From an uncultured Candidatus Woesearchaeota archaeon (GTDB lineage: Archaea > Nanobdellota > Nanobdellia > UBA10117), in NCBI GenBank assembly GCA_903864915.1, contig CAIPHS010000004.1, positions 3,705-67,704 of the forward strand: a stretch of DNA of 64,000 nucleotides. Direction: 5' to 3'. The notes beneath the pieces are model-generated. The model was not told the DNA's origin, did not search any database, and was given only the letters and a program-made list of their open reading frames with translations. Within the stretch, counting starts at the first letter, position 1. Each line of letters starts with the position of its first letter. The position numbers and the translations under genes are program-made. This document shows positions 8,844 through 19,601 of the stretch, piece after piece.

Positions 8844-10691
8844 ATGGAGTTTGGATTCAAAACTACTAAAGAGATAGAGGTACCTAAGTCTATTGTCGAA
8901 CAGATTATCGGGCAGGATCATGCAGTAGACATAGTCCGAAAAGCTGCGAGGCAAAGGAGGCACGTTGCGCTAATCGGCGTGCCAGGGACTGGAAAATCCA
9001 TGCTTGGCCAGGCCCTTGCAGAGCTTTTGCCGAAATCAAAGCTTGGCGATATTCTCGCTTTTCCAAATAATTTGGATGAGAATCAGCCGGTAATCCGTAT
9101 GCTGCCTGCCGGAGATGGCAAAAAACTCATAGAAAGGGCAAAAGTTGCATCATCTTCTTCATCAAGAAACCAACAGATTCTTTTCTTAGGTTTAGCTTTA
9201 GTTTCCCTAACAATACCATGGTACATCCGTTCGGTATACGGGGATGTGATGGCTGCTGCATCTTTAATTGCAGGTATGCTTTTTGTCGGTGCACTTTCTG
9301 TCTCCATAGGATTAAACGTGCGGAAAAATACAAAGCTGCCTGAGCCGAAAGTAATTGTTGACAATTCTGCAATGCAGCGCGCACCCTTTGTAGACGCGAC
9401 AGGTGCGCATGCAGGCGCTTTGCTAGGTGATGTTTTACATGATCCTCTGCAATCTGGTGGCCTTGGCACTCCAGCACACCTGAGAGTCCAGGCAGGTGCT
9501 ATACACCGGGCACACAATGGGGTTTTGTTCATTGATGAAGTTTCCACGCTTGATCCTCACTCGCAGCAGGAATTATTGTCTGCGATGCAAGAGAAGAAAT
9601 ATCCGATAACCGGCCAATCTGAAAAATCTTCAGGTGCGATGGTACGCACAACGCCTGCTCCATGTGATTTCGTACTGGTTGCAGCAGGCAACACAGAGAC
9701 TGTGCAGAGAATGCACCCCGCTCTCCGTTCAAGAATCAGAGGATATGGTTACGAAGTCTACATGAATGATACTATACCAGACACAAAAGAAAACAGGCAG
9801 AAGCTTGCAAGATTTGTTGCGCAAGAAGTTACGAAGGATGGAAAAATCCCACATTTTTCAGCCTCAGCTGTTGAAGAGATAATAATGGAAGCCAGAAAAA
9901 GGGCAGGCAGCAAAGGCAAACTAACTCTAGTTCTACGAGACCTTGGTGGATTAATACGGGCGGCAGGCGATATTGCGCTGGAAGAGTTAGCGCCGCTAGT
10001 TGAAGCAAGCCATGTCAACCGCGCCAAAACATTGGCAAGGTCGTTGGAGCAACAAATTGCAGACAAATACATCGAGAAGAGGAAAGACTACGAAGTCATA
10101 AGGACTGAAGGTTCTGCAATCGGAAGAGTGAATGGCCTTGCAGTGATAGGAACATCAACTGCAAGTTCTGGAATAGTCATGCCCCTCGTGGCGGAAGTGA
10201 CGCCAGCAGGCGCAGACAAGAAAAAAATACACGCAACCGGTCAGTTAGGTAAGATTGCACAGGAAGCCATTACGAACGTGTCCGCAATAATCCGCAAGAT
10301 GTTCAATGATGACTTGAAACTGTACGATGTTTATGTTCAATTTTTGCAGACATATGAAGGTGTAGAAGGTGACTCAGCATCAATTGCTGTCGCGTCGGCA
10401 ATAATCTCCGCACTAAAGCAAGTTCCGGTTCGGCAAGATGTCGCGATGACTGGTTCTTTGTCTGTAAGGGGAGAAGTTCTTCCAGTCGGCGGTGTTACGC
10501 AGAAGGTTGAGGCTGCAATAGGTGCAGGCCTTAAATCTGTAATAGTGCCTGCGGCAAACATAGGGGATATTGTGCTGCCGAGAGGAAAGAAAATAGAGAT
10601 AATCCCTGTCAAGACGATGGCAGAAGTTCTGAAACATTGCATGATATGGAATGGCAAGAAGCCGCTATTGAATGTAATGCCTACTTTCTGA
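8844..10691 (+). CDS. lonB: Archaeal membrane-bound Lon protease (LonB)
   Basis: Walker A GVPGTGKS, two TM helices inside the AAA domain, Walker B FIDE, Ser-Lys dyad (GDSAS; GGVTQK). Confidence 0.95.
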   Translation: MEFGFKTTKEIEVPKSIVEQIIGQDHAVDIVRKAARQRRHVALIGVPGTGKSMLGQALAELLPKSKLGDILAFPNNLDENQPVIRMLPAGDGKKLIERAKVASSSSSRNQQILFLGLALVSLTIPWYIRSVYGDVMAAASLIAGMLFVGALSVSIGLNVRKNTKLPEPKVIVDNSAMQRAPFVDATGAHAGALLGDVLHDPLQSGGLGTPAHLRVQAGAIHRAHNGVLFIDEVSTLDPHSQQELLSAMQEKKYPITGQSEKSSGAMVRTTPAPCDFVLVAAGNTETVQRMHPALRSRIRGYGYEVYMNDTIPDTKENRQKLARFVAQEVTKDGKIPHFSASAVEEIIMEARKRAGSKGKLTLVLRDLGGLIRAAGDIALEELAPLVEASHVNRAKTLARSLEQQIADKYIEKRKDYEVIRTEGSAIGRVNGLAVIGTSTASSGIVMPLVAEVTPAGADKKKIHATGQLGKIAQEAITNVSAIIRKMFNDDLKLYDVYVQFLQTYEGVEGDSASIAVASAIISALKQVPVRQDVAMTGSLSVRGEVLPVGGVTQKVEAAIGAGLKSVIVPAANIGDIVLPRGKKIEIIPVKTMAEVLKHCMIWNGKKPLLNVMPTF

Positions 10692-10829
10692 GAAAAAACT
10701 CCACAACTTTTAAAAACCAATATGTTGTGCCTCTTATCGAGATGATTGTCTGCCAATCACGTCAAGGACTGGCGTTCTAGTATTGTCCTTAGATAGATTT
10801 TTTAAGCATCAAACTCTTGAGGTGAACAT

Positions 10830-12092
10830 ATGCTAGATATTGAATTGTTTAGGGAAAATTCTGAAGTAGTAATGGACTCGCAGAAGAAGCGCGGCATGCC
10901 GACCGAGCACGTTGAAGAAGTAATCCGGCTGGATGAAGAATGGCGCGAGCATCTGCAGAAAGCTGAGAAACTAAAGCATGAGCGAAACATAGTTACTGAG
11001 AAAATTAACCAGTTGAAAAAGGATGGCAAGAGTGTTGCCGCAGAAATCAAGAAAACAAAAGAGCTTGTTGATGAATTAAAGAAGGCTGATGGTTCCGCAG
11101 ATATTGCAAAAGTAATGCGTGATAAAGTTTTAATGGAAATACCAAACATTGTAGACAAATCCGTACCTGTTGGCGATGCCACGAAGAACAAGACAGTAAA
11201 AGTTTGGGGGAAGATTCCGCAGTTCAATTTCCCAGTTAAGAGCCATGCTGAAATCGGAGAGAAATTAGACATAATAGACACCGCGCGGGCCGCGAAAGTT
11301 GCGGGCGCAAGATTCTATTATTTGAAAGGCGACTTAGTAAGATTAAATTTTGCCATTATTAGTTTTGCATTGGATTATTTGAAGAAAAAAGGCTTTACGT
11401 TAGTACAACCACCATTCATGCTACGCCGTGATGCTCTGGAAGGCGCAATCCCGCTGGCTGCCTTCGAAGAAATGATCTACAAAATTCAGGATGAAGATTT
11501 GTACTTAATAGGCACTGCAGAGCACGCCATTAACGCGTACTACAAGGATGAAGTCATAACTGATAAGCTGCCCTTAAGGTTTGCAGGCATAAGTTCGTGC
11601 TTTAGGAAAGAAGCAGGGAATAATAAAGACACCAAGGGAATTATTAGAGTTCATCAATTTGAAAAAATAGAGCAGTTTATCTTTTGCACAGAAGACCAGG
11701 AATGGGGTGAGTTTGATCTTTTGTTAAATAATTTGGAAAGTCTTTTCCAAGCCCTCGAAATACCGTACAGGCTTGTGTTATTGTCAAGCGAAGATATGGG
11801 CCGCGTACCAGTTAAAACTATTGACTTGGAAGGCTGGTTCCCATCACAAGACACATACAGGGAACTTGGGTCGTGTTCGAATGTCAAAAGTTATCAAGCG
11901 AGACGCTCAAACATAAAGTATGTGGCCGGCAAGGACACAAAGTTTGTCTCGACCCTAAATAATACGGCAATCGCCACGCAACGGGCGATGGCGTGCATAA
12001 TTGAAAACTTCCAGCAAAAAGATGGCTCAATAAAGATACCTAAAGTGCTTTGGGATTACACTGGGTTTAAAGAAATTAAGCCCAGGAAATAG
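10830..12092 (+). CDS. serS: Seryl-tRNA synthetase
   Basis: N-terminal coiled coil, GTAE, FRKEAG...RVHQFEK, ELGSCSN, TLNNTAIA. Confidence 0.96.
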   Translation: MLDIELFRENSEVVMDSQKKRGMPTEHVEEVIRLDEEWREHLQKAEKLKHERNIVTEKINQLKKDGKSVAAEIKKTKELVDELKKADGSADIAKVMRDKVLMEIPNIVDKSVPVGDATKNKTVKVWGKIPQFNFPVKSHAEIGEKLDIIDTARAAKVAGARFYYLKGDLVRLNFAIISFALDYLKKKGFTLVQPPFMLRRDALEGAIPLAAFEEMIYKIQDEDLYLIGTAEHAINAYYKDEVITDKLPLRFAGISSCFRKEAGNNKDTKGIIRVHQFEKIEQFIFCTEDQEWGEFDLLLNNLESLFQALEIPYRLVLLSSEDMGRVPVKTIDLEGWFPSQDTYRELGSCSNVKSYQARRSNIKYVAGKDTKFVSTLNNTAIATQRAMACIIENFQQKDGSIKIPKVLWDYTGFKEIKPRK

Positions 12093-12123
12093 CTTTATAA
12101 ACTGTTTACTAGAGTGAACGAAT

Positions 12124-12723
12124 ATGAAGATACTTACGATAGGCGATTTGCATGATGATTTGAATCAGGCAAAGAAACTTGCTGAAAAGGCTGAGAAAGA
12201 GAAAGTCGACCTGGTAGTCTTTAACGGAGATTTTACTTTGGGTGGGGTTCATACTCCTGGCTTGTTGCAGGTTTTCAAGGAAAAAGGTCTGAAGATGGCC
12301 TTGTTGCCTGGCAATCATGAATCGCTTGATATTATAGATTTCTTGAAATACAAATACGGCGCGATAAACCTGCACGGTTATGGCTTGGAATTCGGTGAAG
12401 TGGGAGTTTTCGGCTGCGGCGCAGCAAACATTGGCATATTCCAATTGCCTGAAGATGAGATTTACAAGTCTTTGAAAGAAGGTTTCGACAGAATAAAAGA
12501 TGCAAAGAGGAAGATAATGATAACGCACATGCATCCAGATGAGACTTTGATATCCAGAGTCAGCGGTTTTCCGGGCAGCAAGGGCGTAAAATGGGCTTTG
12601 GACAGCCTCCAACCAGACTTTTTGCTATCTAGTCATATGCATGAGACTGAGGGCCTAGAAGAAAATGTTGGCCCAACAAAAGTTATTTCTGTTGGCAAGC
12701 ACGGCAAGATAATTGAGATCTAA
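12124..12723 (+). CDS. Metallophosphoesterase (calcineurin-like)
   Basis: GDLH, GDFT, PGNHE, THMHP, SHMHE motifs. Confidence 0.85.
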   Translation: MKILTIGDLHDDLNQAKKLAEKAEKEKVDLVVFNGDFTLGGVHTPGLLQVFKEKGLKMALLPGNHESLDIIDFLKYKYGAINLHGYGLEFGEVGVFGCGAANIGIFQLPEDEIYKSLKEGFDRIKDAKRKIMITHMHPDETLISRVSGFPGSKGVKWALDSLQPDFLLSSHMHETEGLEENVGPTKVISVGKHGKIIEI

Positions 12724-13019
12724 AACCACAATATTCTTTTATTGTAGTTCTCAACAAATTTGTACAGCGCATCATTTACAACTTTATATTTTTCACCAAC
12801 AGTTTTGATATTTGTTGTAACTTCGCGTCCTCTGTTTGTTGCAATGTAAACTTCCAAGCCATCGGAAACTCTTTTGACGCTAGCTTGTGTAATCTCGCCA
12901 GTTTTGGCTTTGTTGAGAAGGGCTGTTAGCTCTTGCGCAGCTCCTTGCGCATCGCCGTCGCTAGCTACCGCGTTTACAAATTTCTTTAGTATTGGGCTGA
13001 GTTCTATTCTTTGGGCCAT
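12720..13019 (-). CDS. Hypothetical protein
   Basis: Non-shadow ORF with GGAG SD before ATG 13019; no recognisable motif. Confidence 0.55.
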   Translation of the reverse strand: MAQRIELSPILKKFVNAVASDGDAQGAAQELTALLNKAKTGEITQASVKRVSDGLEVYIATNRGREVTTNIKTVGEKYKVVNDALYKFVENYNKRILWF

Positions 13020-13092
13020 TTTTTCTCCATTCAAATTTCGGAAGTTTATTTAGGGCAACGGGTTTTTAAACTTGTTCTTTTTACCATAAGCT

Positions 13093-15138
13093 ATGCCTTA
13101 CACCCTGATAATTGCAGAAAAGCCTGCGGCTGCAGAGAAGATAGCGTACGCGCTCGGCAAGACCGTAGCAAAGAAAGTCGGAAAAATTAGTTATTACCAG
13201 ACACAATCAAACGGGGATACTTTAGTCGTTGTTTCTGCAGTGGGCCATCTTTTTGGATTAGCTGCAGTAAAAAAAGGCAAATACCCTATTTTTGATTTGG
13301 AGTGGAAACCTTTATGGAAAACTTCCAAAACGTCAGCTTTCTCAAAACAATATGCCGATGTCATAGAAAAACTAGCAGTAGATGCAGACCGGTTTATAGT
13401 AGCGACAGACTACGACATAGAGGGAGAAGTAATTGGGCTTAACGCCATCCGGTTTTTATGCGGGCAGAAAGATGCCAAGCGAATGAAGTTCTCCACGCTG
13501 ACAGTTTCCGATTTGCGCGAAGCTTATGATGAATTATTACCCTCGCTTGACTGGGGCCAGGCAAATGCGGGAGAGGCTAGGCATTATTTAGATTGGATTT
13601 GGGGCATAAACCTCAGCCAGGCAATCATGTCCGCCCTCGCAGAAGTAAGTTACAGGAAAACACTTTCCATAGGAAGAGTGCAGGGCCCAGCACTCGCATT
13701 CCTGGAAAAAAGGGAAGATGAGATTGCAAAATTCATATCAAAACCATACTGGCAGATTGCAATTCTTACAAAAACCAATCCGCAAGTTGAAGCTTTGCAC
13801 CAAAAAGGAGACTTTTGGGACCAGAGGGAAGCACAAAAAATATTTGACAAGGTCAAGGACAAGCCTGCAAAAGTCTTAGAAATAAAGACAACTGAAGAAA
13901 AAGTCCTACCGCCAGTACCTTTTGATTTGACAACTTTGCAGATGGAAGCATGGCGATGCTTGCACCTGTCGCCAAAAATTACGCAGCAGATTGCGCAGGA
14001 TTTGTATACCAAAGCTCTAATATCCTATCCAAGAACATCCTCGCAGAAATTGCCACCAGCAATAAACTATAAAAAAATCCTTCAAAATATCGGGAAACAG
14101 GCAAATTACAAAACTTTTGTTGATAAACTAATTTCCAGTACAAAACTTAAACCAAGGGAAGGACTGAAGACAGACCCAGCACACCCATCAATATACCCGA
14201 CAGGAGAAGAACCAAAAGTATTGGACCAAGGCCAAAAGGAAGTGTACGATCTTATTGTAAGGCGATTTTTGTCTGTATTTGCAGATTCCGCAACGAAGGA
14301 GACTACAAAAGTTATTTTCGATGTAGTGGATGAGAAATTCCTTTACACTGGAAGTAAAATCACTGAAGAAGGCTGGCGTGCATTCTACAAGCCATACGCG
14401 CCAAAAGTCGAGTCGGAGCTGCCCGCTTTACTTACTGGGGAAGTTGTGCAGCAAAAAACGCAATTCGAAAACAAAAATACCAAGCCGCCTGGCAGGTATA
14501 CTTCTGCATCAATAATCAAAGAGCTGGAAAAAAGAAGGCTAGGGACAAAATCCACAAGAGCACAAGTCATAGACACGTTGCAGCAAAGGGGCTACATCAA
14601 AGGTACGAGCATAGAAGTAACTACGCTTGGCATGGAAGTCATAAAGGCGCTCGAAAAGTACGCACCCGAGATTTTAGCAGAATCATTAACGAGACATTTT
14701 GAGGATGACATGGAGCTCATCCGGGAAAGACAAAAGACTAAGGAAGAAGTTTATGCTGAGGCGAAAAATGTCCTAATTAACTTATTAAACCAATTCAATC
14801 TGCACAAGGCAGATATTGGTAAGGAGCTTGCTGTGGCAGTCAAGCAGGCTTTCAGGGCGGAAACAGTGCTCATGCCTTGCCCAAAGTGCGGCAAGGGCGA
14901 TTTCAAAGTAATTATATCGAAGAAATCCGGCAAAAGATTCCTGGCCTGTAACCAATATCCAGAATGCAAGACGACATGGTCATTGCCGCAGCAAGGCCTG
15001 CTGAAAATTTTGCAGGAAAAGCACACGTGCGGCACGCCATTTATCCAGATAATCAAGAAAGGGCGAAAGCCGTGGAAGCTATGTCCAAATCCAAACTGCC
15101 CAGACAAGGAACAACAAATACCAGCTAAAACAGACTGA
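13093..15138 (+). CDS. topA: DNA topoisomerase IA
   Basis: TOPRIM IAEKP and ATDYDIEGE, GRVQ, catalytic ISYPRT, C-terminal Zn ribbons. Confidence 0.96.
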   Translation: MPYTLIIAEKPAAAEKIAYALGKTVAKKVGKISYYQTQSNGDTLVVVSAVGHLFGLAAVKKGKYPIFDLEWKPLWKTSKTSAFSKQYADVIEKLAVDADRFIVATDYDIEGEVIGLNAIRFLCGQKDAKRMKFSTLTVSDLREAYDELLPSLDWGQANAGEARHYLDWIWGINLSQAIMSALAEVSYRKTLSIGRVQGPALAFLEKREDEIAKFISKPYWQIAILTKTNPQVEALHQKGDFWDQREAQKIFDKVKDKPAKVLEIKTTEEKVLPPVPFDLTTLQMEAWRCLHLSPKITQQIAQDLYTKALISYPRTSSQKLPPAINYKKILQNIGKQANYKTFVDKLISSTKLKPREGLKTDPAHPSIYPTGEEPKVLDQGQKEVYDLIVRRFLSVFADSATKETTKVIFDVVDEKFLYTGSKITEEGWRAFYKPYAPKVESELPALLTGEVVQQKTQFENKNTKPPGRYTSASIIKELEKRRLGTKSTRAQVIDTLQQRGYIKGTSIEVTTLGMEVIKALEKYAPEILAESLTRHFEDDMELIRERQKTKEEVYAEAKNVLINLLNQFNLHKADIGKELAVAVKQAFRAETVLMPCPKCGKGDFKVIISKKSGKRFLACNQYPECKTTWSLPQQGLLKILQEKHTCGTPFIQIIKKGRKPWKLCPNPNCPDKEQQIPAKTD

Positions 15139-15829
15139 ATTTTTTCTTCGGCTTTGGCACTTCATTCAATCCCGAATCATGAATATCGAAATAAGTTTCC
15201 TTTCCCGTCGGCATCGAGCGATGTTTCCAGATGCTCGCTTTCCTTACGCCATCCAAGATATCTAATCTGATGATGCATTTGCTCCAGTATTTCAACAGAT
15301 CCCCGCCAACCATCTTCACATCTTTCGTATCGAAATCAGAATAGACTTGGTTTGTAACCAGAATGGGGATGTTTCTTTTCCTGGCAAGTTCGGATAAGAT
15401 TGCCAATTGGTGAGCCATCTCCTGGTTTGTGGTGTGTATTTCTGCTTCAGACCCCAATTGAAGCCGGTATAGCATTGCAATCGAGTCTACAATAATCATT
15501 TCCGGTTTTTCCACAGCCATTATCTGGCGGAGCTGCCCGAAAAATTCCTTCTGCTCTTCGAAATTAGTTGGCTCCAGAACTATCATATCTTTTATGATTG
15601 ATTTGTAGCCTTGCGGTCTTAGTTGTTTTATTCTTTCTGCAGACAAAGAGTTTTCAGTATCTATAAAAACAACTTTCTTTCCCCTGTCCGCAACCGATAA
15701 TGCTGCCAGCATTGCAATGTTTGATTTTCCCGAGCCAGCAGGGCCAAAAAGTGTTGTTATTATTCCGCGTTCTAGGCCACCATCCAGCAAAACATCAAGA
15801 ACTTTAGCACCGCTGCTGATTTTGTCCAT
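15125..15829 (-). CDS. radB: DNA repair protein RadB
   Basis: GPAGSGKS, IDTE, IIVDS, LVTNQVY, GGDLLKYWSK, KHR motif. Confidence 0.92.
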   Translation of the reverse strand: MDKISSGAKVLDVLLDGGLERGIITTLFGPAGSGKSNIAMLAALSVADRGKKVVFIDTENSLSAERIKQLRPQGYKSIIKDMIVLEPTNFEEQKEFFGQLRQIMAVEKPEMIIVDSIAMLYRLQLGSEAEIHTTNQEMAHQLAILSELARKRNIPILVTNQVYSDFDTKDVKMVGGDLLKYWSKCIIRLDILDGVRKASIWKHRSMPTGKETYFDIHDSGLNEVPKPKKKFSLF

Positions 15830-15864
15830 TAGGCTTAAAAAGAGTATGTCAGTTATTTAATTCT

Positions 15865-16110
15865 ATGGTTGGCGCACCCGAGCAAAAAAAAGCGTATATG
15901 CATCGCTATAATAGGAAGCCCGAAGTAAGGGCGCTAAAGGCCGATTATATGCGCAGGAAAAGAGTCGAATCTGACACAGAAGCGGCTCGAAGATTAGTTA
16001 CGGAACTTCTAAGCATGGGGTACGAGACTTTGGCATTTGAATATGCGCAGGAAAGGGCTCCAGAGATGATAGCTACAGTGAAAGCAGCACCAAAACACAC
16101 CAAAAAGTAG
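15865..16110 (+). CDS. Small basic hypothetical protein
   Basis: 81-aa ORF filling the gap between the radB promoter region and cdc48; TTTAA box about 20 nt upstream. Confidence 0.55.
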   Translation: MVGAPEQKKAYMHRYNRKPEVRALKADYMRRKRVESDTEAARRLVTELLSMGYETLAFEYAQERAPEMIATVKAAPKHTKK

Positions 16111-16158
16111 CTTCCACTCGGCAGGTTATTAAAATCTTTGTCTGATTTTTAATCAGAG

Positions 16159-18513
16159 ATGGCAATCATTAATTCTAGGCAGAAAAGGGAAGTCAAGCTG
16201 AAAGTTGCTGAAGCACAGCAAGATGATATCAACAAAGGCATCGTTAGAATTGATTCTCAAATAATGAGGGACATTGGCATACAGCAAGGTTCAATTGTTG
16301 AAATTGAAGCCACCAAAAAGACCGTTGCAATAGCGGGCAGGGCTTTCCCAGCAGACATAGGGTCTGCAATAATCCGAATAGATCCTTTAACGAGGAAAAA
16401 TTCCGGCGCTTCTATCGGCGAATATATTGCAGTAAGGTCCATTGAAATAAAGCCCGCGGAAAAAGTAACAATTGCACCTGCCCAGAAAAATACATTCGTC
16501 CAGGCGCATCCAGATATTTTCAAGCGCGCATTAACTGGAAGAGCTGTGGTCAAAGGCGATATGATATCTTTGGGCGGAACAAGGCGAAGAAGAATAACTA
16601 TGACTGGAAGTCCATTTTTCGATGAGGTTTTTAAGATGGTGGCTGACATGGATGATTTCAATGTTGGTTTTGGTTTTGGCGGCGACATAAAATATCTAGT
16701 TGTGAGCACCAGTCCTAAGGAACCAGTAATAATTACTGATGATACTGAAGTCGAAGTCCTGCCAGAAGCTGTGGAGCTGAAAGAAGAGAAAGTCGTCGAT
16801 ATAGCGTATGAAGACATAGGTGGATTGCAGGAAGAGCTCAAAAAAGTCAGGGAAATGATAGAGCTTCCGTTGAAACATCCCGAGCTTTTTGAAACGCTGG
16901 GTGTGCAGCCTCCAAAAGGTGTTCTACTTTATGGTCCTCCAGGTACGGGCAAGACTTTGATTGCAAGGGCAGTCGCAAACGAAACGAAGGCCTATTTCAT
17001 TTCTGTAGCTGGACCTGAAATAATGAATAAGTTTGTAGGTGAGGCAGAAAAAAGGTTAAGAGATATTTTTGCAGAAGCGGAAAAAAATGCGAAAAATGGT
17101 TCTATAATTTTCATAGATGAAATTGATGCGATAGCTCCGAAGAGAGAAGAATCCTATGGCGAAGTCGAACGAAGAGTTGTGGCCCAGTTGCTGGCTTTGA
17201 TGGATGGCTTGAAAACGAGAGGGCGCGTTATAGTTATAGCTGCAACAAACAGGCCCGACGCTTTGGACCCTGCATTAAGACGTGGCGGCCGTTTCGACAG
17301 AGAAATTGAAATTGGCGTGCCGAACAAGGAAGGACGCCTGGAAATTCTAAGAATCCACACAAGAAACATGCCGATTAGCGATGACAAAAATACAAAATTA
17401 TTAAATGAAAAAGAAAAAGAAGCATTGTTAGATGATCTAGCAACGATAACTCATGGTTTCGTAGGTGCAGATTTAGAAGGCCTTTGCAAAGAAGCAGCAA
17501 TGGTTGTTTTACGAAGGGTTCGAGAGCAGTTCCAGGACAAGCTCGCCAAGCTCGAAGAGAAAGAAAGGATACCGATTGAAATATTGGAGAAATTACAAGT
17601 ATCCAAAACTGATTTCAAAGATGCGTTGAAGATGGTCAGGCCTTCCGCAATGCGTGAAGTTTTGATAGAAACGCCAAAAGTCAAGTGGGCGGACATAGGC
17701 GGTCTTGAAATTGTGAAGCAGGAGACAAAAGAAGCCGTAGAGTGGCCGCTAAAATCTCCAGAAGTTTTCAAGCGAATGGGAATCAGGCCGCCAAAAGGCA
17801 TTTTGTTCTACGGCCCTCCAGGCTGCGGTAAGACGCTTGTTGCAAAAGCAGTTGCAGCAGAGTGCCAGGCAAACTTTATTTGCATTAAGGGACCAGAGGT
17901 AATCTCCAAGTGGGTTGGAGAATCAGAAAAAGCGATACGAGATGTCTTCAAAAAAGCCAGACAAGTTGCACCATGTATAGTATTCTTTGATGAGATAGAT
18001 TCGATAGCATCAAAAAGAGGCGGTTCGGCAGACAATAAGGTAACGGAAAGAGTTGTAGACCAATTGCTGACTGAGATGGATGGTCTTGAAGAGATGTCTG
18101 ATGTTCTTATTTTAGCTGCAACAAACAGGCCCGAACTGCTTGACGCAGCGTTACTAAGACCCGGAAGATTTGACAGGTTCCTGCTGATACCTCCACCTGA
18201 TGAAAAAACAAGACTTGAAATTCTAAAAATCCACACAAGGAACATGCCAATAGACAAAACCCTAAACTTGGCAGAACTAGCCAAAAAAACCGAAGGTTAT
18301 TCTGGTGCAGACATAGAGGCTATTTGCAGAGAATCGGCAATGCTGGCTTTAAGAGATGACATGAAGGCCAAAATTGTCAATAAAGAATATTTCGATAAGG
18401 CGCTCGAGAAAACCAGACCATCTTTAACTAAGAGGGATATTGAGAAGTATGTAAGCAACATGGATGCTGCGAAAAGAGGGGAAACAGCATACGTGCCAGC
18501 CTATATGGGCTAA
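16159..18513 (+). CDS. cdc48: CDC48/VAT AAA+ ATPase
   Basis: N domain and two AAA modules (GPPGTGKT/FIDEID; GPPGCGKT/FFDEID), second-region-of-homology motifs. Confidence 0.96.
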   Translation: MAIINSRQKREVKLKVAEAQQDDINKGIVRIDSQIMRDIGIQQGSIVEIEATKKTVAIAGRAFPADIGSAIIRIDPLTRKNSGASIGEYIAVRSIEIKPAEKVTIAPAQKNTFVQAHPDIFKRALTGRAVVKGDMISLGGTRRRRITMTGSPFFDEVFKMVADMDDFNVGFGFGGDIKYLVVSTSPKEPVIITDDTEVEVLPEAVELKEEKVVDIAYEDIGGLQEELKKVREMIELPLKHPELFETLGVQPPKGVLLYGPPGTGKTLIARAVANETKAYFISVAGPEIMNKFVGEAEKRLRDIFAEAEKNAKNGSIIFIDEIDAIAPKREESYGEVERRVVAQLLALMDGLKTRGRVIVIAATNRPDALDPALRRGGRFDREIEIGVPNKEGRLEILRIHTRNMPISDDKNTKLLNEKEKEALLDDLATITHGFVGADLEGLCKEAAMVVLRRVREQFQDKLAKLEEKERIPIEILEKLQVSKTDFKDALKMVRPSAMREVLIETPKVKWADIGGLEIVKQETKEAVEWPLKSPEVFKRMGIRPPKGILFYGPPGCGKTLVAKAVAAECQANFICIKGPEVISKWVGESEKAIRDVFKKARQVAPCIVFFDEIDSIASKRGGSADNKVTERVVDQLLTEMDGLEEMSDVLILAATNRPELLDAALLRPGRFDRFLLIPPPDEKTRLEILKIHTRNMPIDKTLNLAELAKKTEGYSGADIEAICRESAMLALRDDMKAKIVNKEYFDKALEKTRPSLTKRDIEKYVSNMDAAKRGETAYVPAYMG

Positions 18514-18556
18514 GACAATAAACTTTAAATACGGTTAGTATTGATGGAGGGCTACA

Positions 18557-18685
18557 ATGGACACAAAATTCGACGAGGATTCTGAAGAGGATACGTCTGA
18601 AGAGGACGAGGAAGACTCAGGCGAAGAAGAGGGTGAAGAGGAAAGCTCTGAAGAAGAGGAAGTCGTAGAAGAAGAGGACTTCTGA
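18557..18685 (+). CDS. 42-aa hyper-acidic mini-protein (not in ORF track)
   Basis: ATG 18557 with GGAGG SD; MDTKFDEDSEEDTSEEDEEDSGEEEGEEESSEEEEVVEEEDF, 27/42 D or E; own TTTAAATA box upstream. Confidence 0.7.
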   Translation: MDTKFDEDSEEDTSEEDEEDSGEEEGEEESSEEEEVVEEEDF

Positions 18686-18707
18686 GCCCCTGCATAAATC
18701 CGCCTTA

Positions 18708-19601
18708 TTAATCCTTTTGCGCGGTTAATATTTTTACAGTCTTAGCGACCAAAATCGTGTGTTCAGTCTGTGCTATTTTTGCTCCCGAAACTTCTTTCAG
18801 GACATGGTAAGGGTGTAAGATGTTTCTTGAAACGGCTTCTTTCAAGAATAGGCTGACTTTCATTAGCCCAAACTTTTCCACTAGCCAGCGCTTTGCAAAT
18901 GGCAACGTGCTATATTCTCTTCTTATGAAATCTAAAATCTCCTTGTCTCGCATGGGTGCAGCATTCCTCAGCATGTAAATTTCACATTGCTCACCCTCTG
19001 TTACAAACCCCTTTCCGCTAGTTATGAACGGCTCTATGGCTATCAATGTGTCTTCTTCTAATTCTGTGGAATCATTGTTGTCAAAGTTAGGTATGCTGGG
19101 CTCTGTGTGCAAATCATAGCGCTCTACGCCATGCCCGCTCAAGTTCTTTATTACTTGCAGGTTTGATTGTTTTGCAGCAGCCTCGATTTTTCTACCAATA
19201 TCTGAAACTTTTACACCCGGCTTCACAGCAGAAATTGCAGCATCCAATGCGGCACGTGACGCCATGATTAGTTTTTCATTTTCTTCATTCTTTCCGACAG
19301 ATGCCGAGAATGCCGTGTCCGCGGGATAGCCATCAATGTGAACGCCAAAATCAATCTTCACCAAATCACCCTTTTTTAGCACAGCTGTATCGTTATATTT
19401 TGGGGAATAATGTGCTGCTATTTCGTTGATTGAGATGTTAACAGGAAAAGCTGGCTTAGCTCCAAGTTCACTTATTTTCTTCTCAATAGATTTTGCTATT
19501 TCAAGCAAAGAAGCATTTTCTTTTACCAAACCTTCAGCATATTGCCTTACTTTGGCGGCAATCTTGCCAACCTTTTCGTACTTTTCAAGTTCAGTTTCCA
19601 T
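18708..19601 (-). CDS. map: Methionine aminopeptidase type II
   Basis: AAHYSP, KIDFGVHIDGYPAD, GHG...H, IEPF, EHT metal ligands. Confidence 0.95.
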   Translation of the reverse strand: METELEKYEKVGKIAAKVRQYAEGLVKENASLLEIAKSIEKKISELGAKPAFPVNISINEIAAHYSPKYNDTAVLKKGDLVKIDFGVHIDGYPADTAFSASVGKNEENEKLIMASRAALDAAISAVKPGVKVSDIGRKIEAAAKQSNLQVIKNLSGHGVERYDLHTEPSIPNFDNNDSTELEEDTLIAIEPFITSGKGFVTEGEQCEIYMLRNAAPMRDKEILDFIRREYSTLPFAKRWLVEKFGLMKVSLFLKEAVSRNILHPYHVLKEVSGAKIAQTEHTILVAKTVKILTAQKD

